Of a DNA stretch of 64,000 nucleotides, positions 1 through 12,315 are shown piece after piece. The stretch is from the NCBI GenBank assembly GCA_965112735.1, contig OZ218952.1, positions 5,022,001 to 5,086,000 on the forward strand, read 5' to 3'. The translations under genes were made by a program, and so were the position numbers. The stretch is from Phaeosaccion multiseriatum. Lineage: Eukaryota > Protista > Ochrophyta, other classes. The notes below the pieces were generated by a model, which searched no databases, was not told the DNA's origin, and worked only from the letters and a program-made list of their open reading frames with translations. Each line of letters starts with the position of its first letter. The stretch's first letter is position 1.

Positions 1-1
1 A

Positions 2-118
2 GACAAGGACGTGCGAAGCCTCCTTCAGAACTGTCTCCACTGCCTCACCAAGCAACAGCAAGGGCGAGAGAGTGCCTCGTCCCCTGCTAGCTCAGTGGCA
101 CGCTACTGCCCCCCCCCC
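2..118 (+). mobile_element. Degenerate Ty3/Gypsy-like integrase fragment (end of H2C2 zinc finger)
   Basis: Manual translation with one frameshift gives DKDVRSLLQNCLHCLT / SNSKGERVPRPLLAQWHATAP. This resembles the CxxC plus 'VPRPLxxxxHAT' linker that precedes the integrase core. Recognised from memory only. Confidence 0.5.
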
Positions 119-252
119 AGAGTGGTTGAACTGGAGAGGGTCCGGATCGTAAACAATCGCGGGCCGTCAACGGCAACGCCACTCTGAACGAAATCATCAA
201 GAAGACGGAATTTTTCAGTTCAACCAACGCTGCAAAACACGCGCCGACTCCT

Positions 253-378
253 CCCACGCCATTCAGTGCCCCAACCAGAGCACTCTCTATCACACCGGGA
301 TGCTCTCCTCCATCGAGGACAGGAGAGCGTCCCGGTGTGGTAGATTGTGGCCTGGTTAGGGCACTGAATGGCGTCGGG
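253..378. mobile_element. 126-bp foldback MITE-like element with CCC...GGG ends and candidate 4-bp TSD (TCCT)
   Basis: 256-309 is a near-perfect reverse complement of 321-374 (e.g. ACGCCATTCAGTGCCC / GGGCACTGAATGGCGT). TCCT lies at 249-252 and 379-382. Confidence 0.6.
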
Positions 379-410
379 TCCTCCTGGGCCGTAAAGGCAC
401 TTGACGCCGA

Positions 411-453
411 CAAGGGTACTTAAAGAAAACGACGTTTTCTTTAAGTACCCTTG
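411..453. repeat. 43-bp perfect AT-rich palindrome flanked by a 7-bp direct repeat
   Basis: CAAGGGTACTTAAAGAAAACG-A-CGTTTTCTTTAAGTACCCTTG, with ACGCCGA at 404-410 and 454-460. Confidence 0.85.
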
Positions 454-608
454 ACGCCGAGAAGGAAAAAAAAAAAAAAAAGGGGGTGGGGAAGGATTTT
501 GAAATGCTCGCGACGACTTGGAGCACCAACACACAAACTTGGAGGCTTCCGGGGATCGGGCGGCGCCGCAGATCATTTCCCTCTTCCCACAGTGACGCTC
601 GCTCTGAG

Positions 609-2331
609 ATGGGGGGATGTGATGGGGCCCACGCACTTCCTTCAGCCGCAGGAGGAGATGCTACAGTAGAGGCTAAGGAGGGGGGAGGAGAAGGTGGAGG
701 AGCGAAGGGAAGTGCAGGAGAACGAGAAGGAACCCTGACAGGAGAAGCATGCTCGCAAGACGGAGCGGGGGGCGAAGCAGACTTTCCGCCACATGTTGTG
801 GATCAGGTGAGGGAGCAACGGAAGTCGGGTAGCAGTAGGCGGCGAACTTTTCTTTTGCGCTCCCGGGCTCCTCCCAAGCCGGGCCCCTCCGTACTTGGTG
901 CCGCCCTTTTCCCTCCAATCTCCCCTCTTATTTACCAATGAAACAAACACGTCAATCGAATGGATCAATACTGCATGAATGCCCCTCCTACAGGAGCTGC
1001 TAGAACCTTACCACTACATCCTGCGGGTGCCCGGCAAGGATGTGCGGGGCCTCATGGTGGAGGCCTTCCAGGACTGGCTGGCCATCCCGCAGGAGAAGGT
1101 GGAACAAGTCAAGGAGATCGTCGGCATGCTTCACACCTCCAGCCTGCTGTAAGGAGGAGGGTGCGGGGGGGGCGGTGGGGGAAGAGGGAGGAGGGGAGAA
1201 GGTGGACGGGGGGGGGGGAGATGAGTCGGGTCGAACCTCTCTGCCTGCATGCAGATAGATATACAAGTCAAATCCCGTCCAGCCCCTCCGCACTGCCTAA
1301 GCTCTGCTCTTCCTCATTGACTGACCCCCCCCCCCCCCTCCCTCCCTGCAGGGTGGACGACATCGAAGACAACTCCAAGCTGCGCAGGGGCGTACCAGTG
1401 GCGCACCTCATCTATGGGCTGCCGAGCACGCTCAACACCGCCAACTACGCCTACTTCCTCGCGCTGGAGAAGGTCGTGCGCTTTGATTGCCAAGCGGCAC
1501 TCGGCTGCTTCGTGGGGGAGATGCTCAACCTTCACAAGGGGCAAGGCCAAGACATCCTGTGGAGGTGAGGGGATGGCAGTGGATGCACAAGACACGGGCC
1601 TGGAGTTGGGGGAGTTTAGGGTACCTCTACTTTGTTATTGGAGGGCGTTTCGAGGGCCTCTACTTTATTTAGTCCTCTCTTCAGTGCCCGTCTTCCCTTC
1701 CTTCACCTGATTTCGCACTGCCTTCCGCTGCCTTCCTTGCCCCCACCTGCCTCTCTTGGTTTCCACTCCTGCGTGCGTCTGTACCACCCTCAGGGATAGC
1801 GGACGATGCCCGACGGAAGAAGAATACACAGGTTCGGACAGCGTGTAAGAAGCGCTAAACACAGACGGACCACCAACACCTCCCCCTCCCTCCCTCCCTC
1901 CCTCACCCCTCACCCATCCCCCCTCTCCCCTCTCCCCTCCCTTCCTCCATAACCCCTGTCCTGTCGCTCTGTAGAGATGGTGATCAACAAGACGGGTGGT
2001 CTGTTTCGCCTTGCAGTGGGACTGATGCAGCCTTTCTCCAAGGACTCGCGCAGCTTCACGGCCCTGCTCGACAAGCTCGCGCTCTACTTTCAGATCCGAG
2101 ACGACCTCATCAACCTCAGCGGGTGAGTGCGAGTTTTAGTTGGTCAGAACCTCTGCTCCAAGGGGGTAAGAAATTGAAACTGAATCTGTGAGTTGTGAGG
2201 CGGGCGGTTCAGGGCTGGGCACAGACGAGTTCCAGCAAGGCTCTGCAACGTTAAGAGCGAAGGGATCGTTGAAGGAACGTTAAAGGGAGTCGAGTCCGTT
2301 CGTGCCGTCCCCAACTCTCAACACACTCTGC

Positions 2332-2391
<60 letters not shown>

Positions 2392-2693
2392 CCTCCCTCC
2401 TGTCGGTCTGTCTGTCGGTCGGCCCCCCTCCCTCTCTCCTACCCACAGAGAGGAGTATATGAAGAGTAAATCGTACTGCGAGGATCTTACGGAGGGCAAG
2501 TTCAGCTTCCCCATCATCCACTGCATCCGCTCCCGCCCCACAGACCACCGCCTACTCAACATCCTCAAGCAGAGGACAGAGGTGAGGTGGATGGACTTGG
2601 GTACCCCCGCAGGGCATTGAGTGGGCATCGACAGCACCCCTCCCTCGGGGAAGGAAGGAAGGGCTCACCTCTGAGTGAGGTTGTGTCTGTGAA

Positions 2694-2724
<31 letters not shown>

Positions 2725-3152
2725 CTGTGAATGTGTGTACGTGTGCGTCTGTGAATGTGTGTGTGTGTGCGTGTGCGTCTGTATCTTGTTTGTTTATATG
2801 TGTGTGTAGGCGCCTTAACACATTGCCCGCGGGTCCCTCTCCGCCATGCACTGCTGTCTCCCGTGATGTGATGTGCGTGTGTTGGTGTCAGGACGTGGAG
2901 GTGAAGCGTCATGCGGTCTCGTGGATGCGGCAGACGGGCTCCTTCTCCTACACCCTCGAGGCCACGAACAGACTCAAGGCGGAGGTGCTGAGCGAGGTAG
3001 AGAGGTTGGGAGGGCACCCCAAACTTGAGCACTTAATCGAGTTACTTGACGGGCAGCTCAGCAAGCAGATGCCTGATTGGGTCTCATGGTCAAGCCCAAG
3101 TGCTGCAAGCAAAGCCAATGGCGAGGAGCGCTTTGCAGTGGATCAGATATGA
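609..3152 (+). CDS. GGPS1: Geranylgeranyl pyrophosphate synthase (type III), 7 exons
   Basis: Spliced at GT-AG: [22 protein letters not shown] '[16 protein letters not shown]', '[12 protein letters not shown]', '[16 protein letters not shown]', SARM '[11 protein letters not shown]', '[15 protein letters not shown]'. Start ATG 609 is inferred (504 is also in frame); stop TGA at 3150-3152. Confidence 0.93.
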
Positions 3153-4482
3153 GTGCTGGAGAGAGAGAGAGAGAGAGAGAGTGAGAGAGAGGGCTTTTTC
3201 GACGAATAGGAAGCTTCAGGAGCAACGGGAGAGAGAGACAGAGAGAGTGAGAGGGAGAGAAAGAAAGAGGGAGGGGGAGAGAAAGAGAGAGGGGGAGGGC
3301 CTTCTCTCTCTAGACCCCACCCCACACCGTCCTAGAGCTTCCCTTGGGAGGCGATGGCAGTCGATGGCAAGGGGTGAGGAGGTGGAAGGCAGGCCTCTAT
3401 ATGAGGCTATAGAGGGAGTGTATGGTGTGTGGGGGCTGCTGGGGCAAGTCGAGGGACATTGCTGTGACAGTGAAGCCTATTCACACTCCATTTGAACTGC
3501 CTGTACGTAGGCGTGACAAGCCCGGGGGGGTGCGGCGCTAAGCTGTGCTGCAGTTGCCGTGTGTGGTGTGTGGGGGTGTGTGGTGGGAGTGTGTGCGCGG
3601 CTGTCGACGGTGAGCGGAGGTTCAGAGTCGTGTCTCCACGAAAGCCGTCTCCAACAACTCAAGGGAGAGGGGAGCGGCGCAGTAGCAGCAGCAGTCGCTG
3701 CAGCAGGAGTAGCAGCAGCACCACCACCACCACCGCCAGCACGAGCACCAGGGGGGGGAGGAGGGAGGGGATGGGGGCGCGGCAGCTGTGGCTGGCACGG
3801 CTTCGCACAGGGCAGAATCGCAGGGCAGGCCGGCAGGGGTGGACCCTCCCCCTCGCTGCACTCGCTGCCCTCGCTGCCCTCACTGCTCTCGTGTGCCCTT
3901 CATACTCGCCTTCGGTGCAGCGGCACGGAAAGCGATTGCGATTGGCTTGTCGCTCGATGTTGGCGTTCGCTGTCTGGTTGATGTGTGCGAGGGCCAATTG
4001 CAGTCGATGGCAGTCGATGGCAGTGAATGGCAGTCGATGGCAGTCGATGGCAGCCAATGGGAGTCAATGGCAGTCAGCGACAGAGACAAGAGACACAGGC
4101 GCTCACACGTCCTCGGCGACAGCAGCAGTTGGTAATACAGCGAGGGCCTTGATAAGAGAACAGGGGACAACGCGGGGGGCACAACCGGCTGGGGGCTGGG
4201 CGGGGGGGGGGGGGGGGAGGGGGGGAGGGGGGGGCTCATGAAGCTCAGCCTCTTCCTCCCTTGTGCACACACAGACGACGACGACGTTGGCCGCCGACGG
4301 ATTCTTGATCGATCTACTTTACAGACTTAAGAAACAGAGCTACATGACTGCTCTGGACTCCCCTCACCCCTCTCCTCCCCTCGGCTTCGGCCGCTGGGCC
4401 TCCGCCCCCCTCTAATGGCACTGAACGGACCGCAGTGCATTTGTGACTGGAGGGCTTCACTAATTGCCCCCCCCCCCCCCAT

Positions 4483-4536
4483 TTAGTTGTGCCCGTTGGC
4501 CATGATGGAGTTGATGTGATCCAGGATTATACTGCG

Positions 4537-4568
<32 letters not shown>

Positions 4569-5364
4569 CACACGCACGGACACGGGAAAGGATTGGCACA
4601 GCACGGAGGAGGGGCATGGGGGGAGGCGAGGGTTAGTCAGCAGACGAGCGGTGAATGTATGGGCAGAAAGAAGCCTCCTTCCCTTTACTCGCCTCCTCCC
4701 CTCCTCCGTCCGTCCACCCTACCCTCTCCCTCCCTCCCTCCCTCCCTCCTCCCCTCCCTCCCTCCCTCCCTCCCTCCCTCCTCCCCTCCCACCCTCCTCC
4801 CCTCCCTCCTTCCGTCCCTCCGTCCCTCCGTCCCTCCGTCCCTCCCTCCTTCCCTCCATCCCTCCCTCCCTCCCTCCCTCCCTCCCGCCCTCCCTCCCTC
4901 CCTCCCTCCCTCCCTCCCTCCCTCCCTCCCTCCCTCCCTTTCTGCTCACCTGGCCATATCGGAGGCCTGCTGCGTCCTCAGAGACAACTCAAACACACTG
5001 TCGGTATCCTGGTCCCAAATGGTGAGTGACACTTGCCGCCTCGTTCCTCTCCAAGAGTGTACATCGGCATAACTGTACTGCTGCAGCAACTCCTTGCGAT
5101 CCACACCGAACATGTGCATCCCGTCGGCGCTAAAGGCGAAGAGCAGCGTGCGTGGAAGGTGACTCATAAGGTCAGGTTGGCAGCCCACTTTGACGGCGTA
5201 GAAGTAGTGGGCGCCGAACATAGGCCTCTCTCTGCACTGCTCCACAAAGAGGATCTGAGGCATTGGGTGGGGGGGTAGAGGCGGCAGCAGGTGGGTGCGT
5301 GGGTTACGAAAGGGGGGGGGGGGGAGAGGAGATAACACGCACACGCACGCACACACGCACGACG

Positions 5365-5409
<45 letters not shown>

Positions 5410-8400
5410 GCACTGTGCGAGTCTCTGCCTCACCTCGAGCTCGCTGGCGCTCTTGGGCAGCAAGTCAGTGCTGAGGTCCGCCACCGCCTTGCTCCAGCGC
5501 TTCTTGTCGCACTGTCGCTGCCAGGCGGGGGGCACGAACCACATGAGGCGCTGCTCCACCGCCTTCGGACTCCAGCCGCCCCCCCCGGGGTACTTTTCGT
5601 AACCACCATTCTCCCCCTTCCCATCTTCCCCTCCAGTCGACCCCTTCGCCTTGTCTGCTCCGTTCTTGGTGTCTGCGGCTGCCTGCTGCTCCTCCAGCAC
5701 CATGGCGATGGCGGTGAGCAAAATGACCCCCTGCTCGTCGCTGATCTCGAGCGTACCCGAGCGGATGGCATCGTCCTCGGCCTGCAAGTACACGAGTCTG
5801 AGGGAGGCAGGAGGGAGAGGAGGGAGGGGAGGGAGGGGAGGGAAAGGGAGGGAGAGAGAGAGAGAGAAGAGACAGAGGGAGAATGATACAGAGACTGAGT
5901 AGAGCCCGACATTTAAATTCGATACTCGAGGTGCATCCTGGATGTAGGACGCCAGTGGGCCACGCGTGGCTGTATTAGCCAAAACATCACCTCCCTCTCT
6001 CCCCCTCCCTCCTTCTCACCTTTCCCGTCCCATCTCTACCTCTCCGTCCCTCCCCCCATGTCCCCCTCTCTCCTCCTCACCCCCTCCTCTCTGCCCCTCC
6101 CTCTCCCTCCTGCCCTCTCTCTCTCCCTCCCTCCCTCCCTCCCTCCCTCCCTCCCTCCCTCCCTCCCTCCCTCTCCCTCCCTCCATCCCTCCCTCCCCTC
6201 TCTCTCACTGTCCCTCCCTCCCTCCCTCCATCCCTCCCTCCCCTCCCCCCTCTCTCTTCCCACCTGTTGTACGCGGCGTCCTCTGTGGGCCACGCGTGAC
6301 TGTGTAGGAATATCTTGCGCTTGTAGATGAAGCGGAAGTTACGGCGCTGACGGGCCTTGCGGATAAACACGTCCTGTCGGGCAGCGGGGTCATGTGATGG
6401 GGGTGTATGGGGAGGGCAGCGTGGAGGTGGATGGGGAGGGTAGAGGTAGGGAAATAGGCCGTCAGAAGGAATCCTTGGTGCCCTGTTTCACAGCCCTGAG
6501 GAACCCTCATCACTACTCACTCACCCATCCACTCACTCACTCACTCATTCCCTCGCTCCCTCATCCATCCACTCCCTCACTCACCCACTCACTCCCTCAC
6601 TCCCTCACTCACTCCCTCACTCACTCATCCATCCACTCCCTCCCTCACCCACTCACTCCCTCACTCCCTCACTCACTCCCTCACTCACTCATCCATCCAC
6701 TCCCTCCCTCACCCACTCACTCACTCACTCACTCACTCACTCACTCACTCCCTCACTCACTCATCCATCCACTCCCTCCCTCACTCACCCCAAGGTAGTC
6801 CTCGTTCCTGAGCGGGCTCGGTGTGAAGGGAAGAGTGGCCTTCTCGTCCTGTGCCTTGGTGTCCACGGCCTGGGGAGAGAGGAGGAGGGGCAGGGAGAGG
6901 GAGAGAGAAGAGAGAGCCAGTACAGGCAGAGAGTGAGAGAGACAGAGCGAGTACATGTACTTGTACTGTAGAGGGGTACAGGACACCATGGGGAGGGAGC
7001 AGAGGCCAAGAGAGGAGAGGAGAGGAGAGGAGGAGGAGTACCGTACGCCTTTCTCTTCGCTTGAAGCGCTACGTAAGCAGGCTCAAGGCCTTCTGTACCT
7101 CACCTTGCCCATGTCATAGACGAAGAGGCCCATTTGGTCGGTGCGTGCCGTTTGGAGGCCTCCGAAATGCGCACATACCTCCAGGATCTGAAGGAAGAGA
7201 GAGGAGAGGGAGGGGGTGAGACAACGCACAGGGGGGGGGGGCGAGAAGAGAGGGAAGAGAGAGGAGCGCGTGGGGACGAAGCACCACACACAAGTTTGAA
7301 AAGAGTTTACACACAAGTAAAAAAAGCCAAATACGTTACGCAGCAGTTACATTGGGCTCCTCCCCCCCCTTCCACCGCCCATACCCATACGCCTTTACTC
7401 AGATACGCCTCCCCTCCCTCCCCCTACGGCCCTGCCCATATGCCTCTACCTTGACGACGTTTAGGTCCGGAGCGAGGGGCAGGTCCTCTGTCAGCAGCGC
7501 TCCGTTGACAAGCTCGATGGTGGCAAGAATGGGGGGGCGCTCCTTGTATGCCTACAGATAATGGGTGTCAGGACAGAGCAGCAGCAGTGGGTGTCAGGAC
7601 AGAGCAGCAGCAGTGGGTGTCAGGACAGAGCAGCAGCAGTGGGTGTCAGGACAGAGCAGCAGCAGTGGGTGTCAGGACGAGAGGAGCGGTGGGCATGGGG
7701 TGTACGGAGCAGTACCGCACAGGACCAGCTAAGCTGAGCAGGGGGCGTCACGAGACACTTGCTTGCTTCACCCGCAGAAGGTAAAGATGCACCCACCCAC
7801 GTACGCACGCACGCGCCCATCAACACCCACGCACCCAGCTATACACAGCCACACAGACCCACACCCCCCCCTACCCACACACAGAGCCTCACCCTGCCTA
7901 CCCACCCACTGGCATACTGTACCCACCCATCCCATTGACATACTACACCCAACCACCCATCGACAAGACTACACCCACCCACCCACCCACACCCACCCAT
8001 TGACATACTACATCCACGCCCCCATCACCAGCCACGCACCTGAATCTCTTCAATGGTGAGGACGATTCCTTCCGCGGTGCGGCTGCTCATCATTCCCTCG
8101 AGCGTGTAGAGGCAATAACGTGCATAGCAAGCCTCCGCCCCGTCTAGCCTGCACTTGTCCAGCACAAAGTGCAGCAGGAAGTTCTCAAAGGGCTCGCTCG
8201 GGAGGAAGGTGTTGGTGCACATACACATAAGCTGCCATGCCTTGGCCGTGCTCTCCGCCTTGGGGTTGTCGGTCAGCTGCTTCATCATCTGCACGTAGAT
8301 CTCATCTCTCAGCTCCCGCTCTGCCAGGCCCTTGGTAAGAATGTTCCTCGCCAGCATCTCCGGGAAGCTCATCTGCTTGTCTCCCATGTAGCCCAACAAA

Positions 8401-8905
8401 GCCTTGCGCAAAGAGACAGCGGCCTTGTTCATCTCCTTCGGTTTGAGCTCCGTCAAGCTCTTGCTACAGAGCGTGTTTTGCCACACCAGCATGCTCTCCA
8501 TCTCCCTCCGCTTGTGGAGAAGATTGCCCTTGGCGTAGTCCGATCGGCTCCTCAGCTTGGAGTAGTTTTTGAGCTTGTACTTGGCGTTGCTTGCCTTCTC
8601 GTGGCGCTCCTCCCTCTTGGCACGGAAGTTCTCAATGTCTTCGTCCGTCATTGTGTTGAGCTCCCCCTGCGGCTGCACCACCTGATGATCATGACATCAG
8701 ACACCACGGAATGAATGCATAATGCAGGATAGAATTAGGGATGCAGCGATACAGCGATACAGACATATGTATACATATACTACGACGTGTTGGGACGGAG
8801 GGAGGGACAACGACGCACCCACCCACAAGCAATCAAATCAAATCACATCACATCACATCACATCACATCACAGCACAGCACAGCACATCACTAAGGTGAC
8901 CCACC

Positions 8906-8936
<31 letters not shown>

Positions 8937-11900
8937 AGTGACTTACGTGCCCCATCTCCTCCATTCGCTTGAGCATCCGGCGGACCTTGTCCATCATCTC
9001 AAGCTGGAGCTCAAGTTCGTCCGCAAGGTCAAGCGCGTCCGTCATCCTCTCCCGAGAGTCAGAGGCGATGGAAGCCGTCAGTTTAGACTGCACCACAAGC
9101 TGCCGCCCGCACCTGAGTGGGTGGGTGAGTGAGTGCGTGAGTCAGTGAGTGAGTGAGTTCGTGAGTGAGAGAGTGCGTGAGTCAGTGAGTAGGTGAGTGC
9201 GTGAGTGAGTGCGTAAGTGAGTCAAAGAGTCAAACGATGCCCTTACCTGTTGCTTAGCGCCTTGGCGTCGCGCAGAGGCGCCTCCAATGCGTGCCCCGGG
9301 CCCGTGGGCATGACACTGCTGACCGGCTTGACACCCTGCTTGACAGCAGCACTGGCGCTGGTGCGCTGGAGCGCTGAGGGCATATTAGAGAGGGACGTCT
9401 CTGCAAGGGTGATGGACTGCTGAAGGGGGAGCAAGTCCTTCTCGTTGATGCCCCCCTTGGAGAAGATCTTGAGCGAGAGGGCGCGGCTCACGCTGTTGAG
9501 CTTACTGTTGGCGTCAGTCACTTCGTTCAGCCATTTCTGCGCCAGGCGGCCTGGTTGGATGGTTAGAGGCGTATGGGTGGGGAGGGAAAAGAGGCATATG
9601 GGTCAGGTAGGAAGGTGAGTCAAACACACGCGGCGGTACGAGTGTTTTGCCGCAGCGGGCCCATCCATAGCTCCAGCGCCCCATCCACTTCGAAGCACAA
9701 AAAAAGGCTAATGCGAACCATCGCAGACCATCCCAGATACGTCGCCCCTCGCCCTTCCGCACGCACTCCACTCAAGCACAGCAGCACTACTCACCCCTCT
9801 CCACCTCCGGCTCCTGGTGAAAGCCGAGCTCGATGGCAGTGCTCATCGCGGAGTTGATCTTGCCCAAGTCCCTCAAATTCACACCCTCACAGATGGCACG
9901 CTTCACCTGCTCCAACCGCTGTCCGCGGTCCACCTGGCCCTTGACCTCTGACAGGGCCAGAAAGTGGGCATCCGCGCCCCCCCCATGCCCCCCCACCTGC
10001 CCCTGATGCACCTCCTGCAGCACGCCCTTCATACGACCCTGATCCCCGCTGTCTAGAGCGGCCTGCAGCCCCTCCTTGGCGGCCTCTCTCTCCCTCGCCT
10101 CCCCCCTCATTGCCTGTAGCTCGTCCAGGTCCTCCCCTGTGTAGCCTGCCTCTCGGGCATTGGTAAGGGCTTCGTCGATTACGCTCAGACTCTTCTGACG
10201 CTTGGCGAAGGACAAGGCTCGCTTGACGTTCTCCGTGGCTGACGTGTTGGTTGTACTCACAGCGAGCGTCGCCAGCATGGCCTCCGCTTCGGCCACGGCG
10301 CTGCTCTCATCCTGGTAGTCCGTGAGGTACCATGTTACAGCAGTCAGTCGGTCAGTCAGTCAGCCAGTCAGTCAGCCAGTCAGTCAGCCAGTCAGTCAGT
10401 CAGTCAGTGAGTCAGTGAGTCAGGCAGCCAGTCAGTCAGCCAGTCAGTCAGTCAGTCAGCCAGCCAGTCAGTCAGTCAGTCAGTCAGTCAGTCAGTCAGC
10501 CAGTCAGTCAGTCAGTCAGCCAGCCAGTCAGCCAGTCAGTCAGCCAGTCAGTCAGCCAGTCAGTCAGCCAGTCAGTCAGCCAGTCAGTCCTTCTCACCTC
10601 GTCCAGCGGCGCCAATGCCCTGAGCTTGTCGAGAGCAGGGGGGATGGCAGTGGAGTGTTTCCGCTCTGAGGCGGCTCGCAGCGTCTTCACCGTCTCCACA
10701 CGGTGCTACAGCAATGGATGCCGAGAGGGGGGGGGGGCGGGCAGAAGGGTGGGCAGAGGATGAGGAGACGAGTCGAGACGGACAGACAGGTATGCCCCCC
10801 AGACAGGTGGCTAAAAACCAGGCAGGTCCTAACACCAGGCTCTAACACCTCGACGGTGAGCACGAGAGCAACGCAGAGCAGGGCAGAGCAGAGGACCCCA
10901 CAACAAAATCTCCTCCGACAAGCTCACGCACGCACGCACGCACGCACGCACACACACGCCTACAGAAAAGCACACATGCACGCACGCCCCCACGCCCACC
11001 ACGCCCCCACGCAACGCACGCACACACGCACCTGCAGCCTGGTGAGCTCGGCCCTGGCGGCGTCTACTTCCTTGCCCTCCACACCGACCCTGCGGGCCTT
11101 GCCCAGGAGCTCTGCCAGCCCGGGCAGGTCGCTCTTGCCCCTTCCCACGGCAGCCTTGATCTCAGCCAGCACCCCGTCCTCCTCCTCCATCCTTCGAGTC
11201 AGACCTTCCGCCTCGGAAACCTCCTCCCCGCTGAGCCCCATATGCCTGGCCAGCTCCAGCAGTCCCTCCAGCTCCCCCCTGTTGCGGGCATTGGTGGCCT
11301 CCCTGAGCTGTCCCTTGAGCTTCCTCTCTGCCTCCAAGAGGGCCTTGAGTTTCGTGGCCTCTCCGACGGCGGGGTGGGGCTCGCTTCCCCCCTCGGGGTG
11401 TCCCAGGGGGGGCGCCATGCCCGACGCTGCGGCGAGGGCGGCAGTGAGTGCGTTGAGGTCCCTTTGCCGCACGGCGTCCTCAAGCAGAGCCACCACCTTG
11501 TACGATGGCATACGTAATTGAGTTCGTATGATTACGTAATTGGTAGTAGTATGTGCAGAGACGAGGCAGGGGGGGAAAGAGGGGCGTCAAGGTGGCGTCA
11601 GCTCCTGTCAAAGTGAAGTGAGGAGTCAAGTCATTCACAGATGGCTCAGTCAATGGCTCAGTCAAGTCATTCACAGATGGCTCAGTCAAGCCATCCCAAT
11701 CACCCCACACCGCGAAGGCGGGGGCACAGAGAAAAAGCACATGGGCAAAGCGTGTAGATAGAGGTAAAGCATAGGGGTAAAGCGTGTAGACAGAGGTAAA
11801 GGGAAAGCAGCAGCGTATGCATGTACCTTGGACTCCGCCTCCAGCCTGCGATGCAGCGCCTCGGCCTCTCTGACCACTTCCATATGCCTCCCGCTGTTGG

Positions 11901-12276
11901 GCAGCTCGTTGGCCTGCAGCAGCCAGTGAGACAGAGAGGGCAGACTTCGCTGGGAGATGGCCGAATGCAGCTGCACAAGAATGGTGCGGAACAGCTTGAG
12001 CCTCTGGCGGCAGATCATGCCCCTGGCCACGCGTTGGAGGCGACAGACGGTGGCCGTGAGCACGGAGTCTCGGGCAGCGTCGAGCGAGGCTGCGGCGTCT
12101 TGCTTGAGCAGCACCTTTGGGGATGAAGGGAGGGAGGGAGGGAGGGAGGGAGAGGTGAGAGGAGAGCAGAGAGGGTACAAAGGAGAAGGGAGAGAGGAGC
12201 GCTCCTGTCCTCCTGGTCCTGTCCTCTGAGGGACTGAGACCGGAAATGCTCTCCTCCGCTGCCTGCCCATATGCCT

Positions 12277-12315
<39 letters not shown>

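Noticed and set aside
3492-4241. 249-aa ORF between the GGPS1 and myosin 3' ends
   Set aside because: Made of triplet and GATGGCAGTC repeats, with no ATG start and no recognisable domain.
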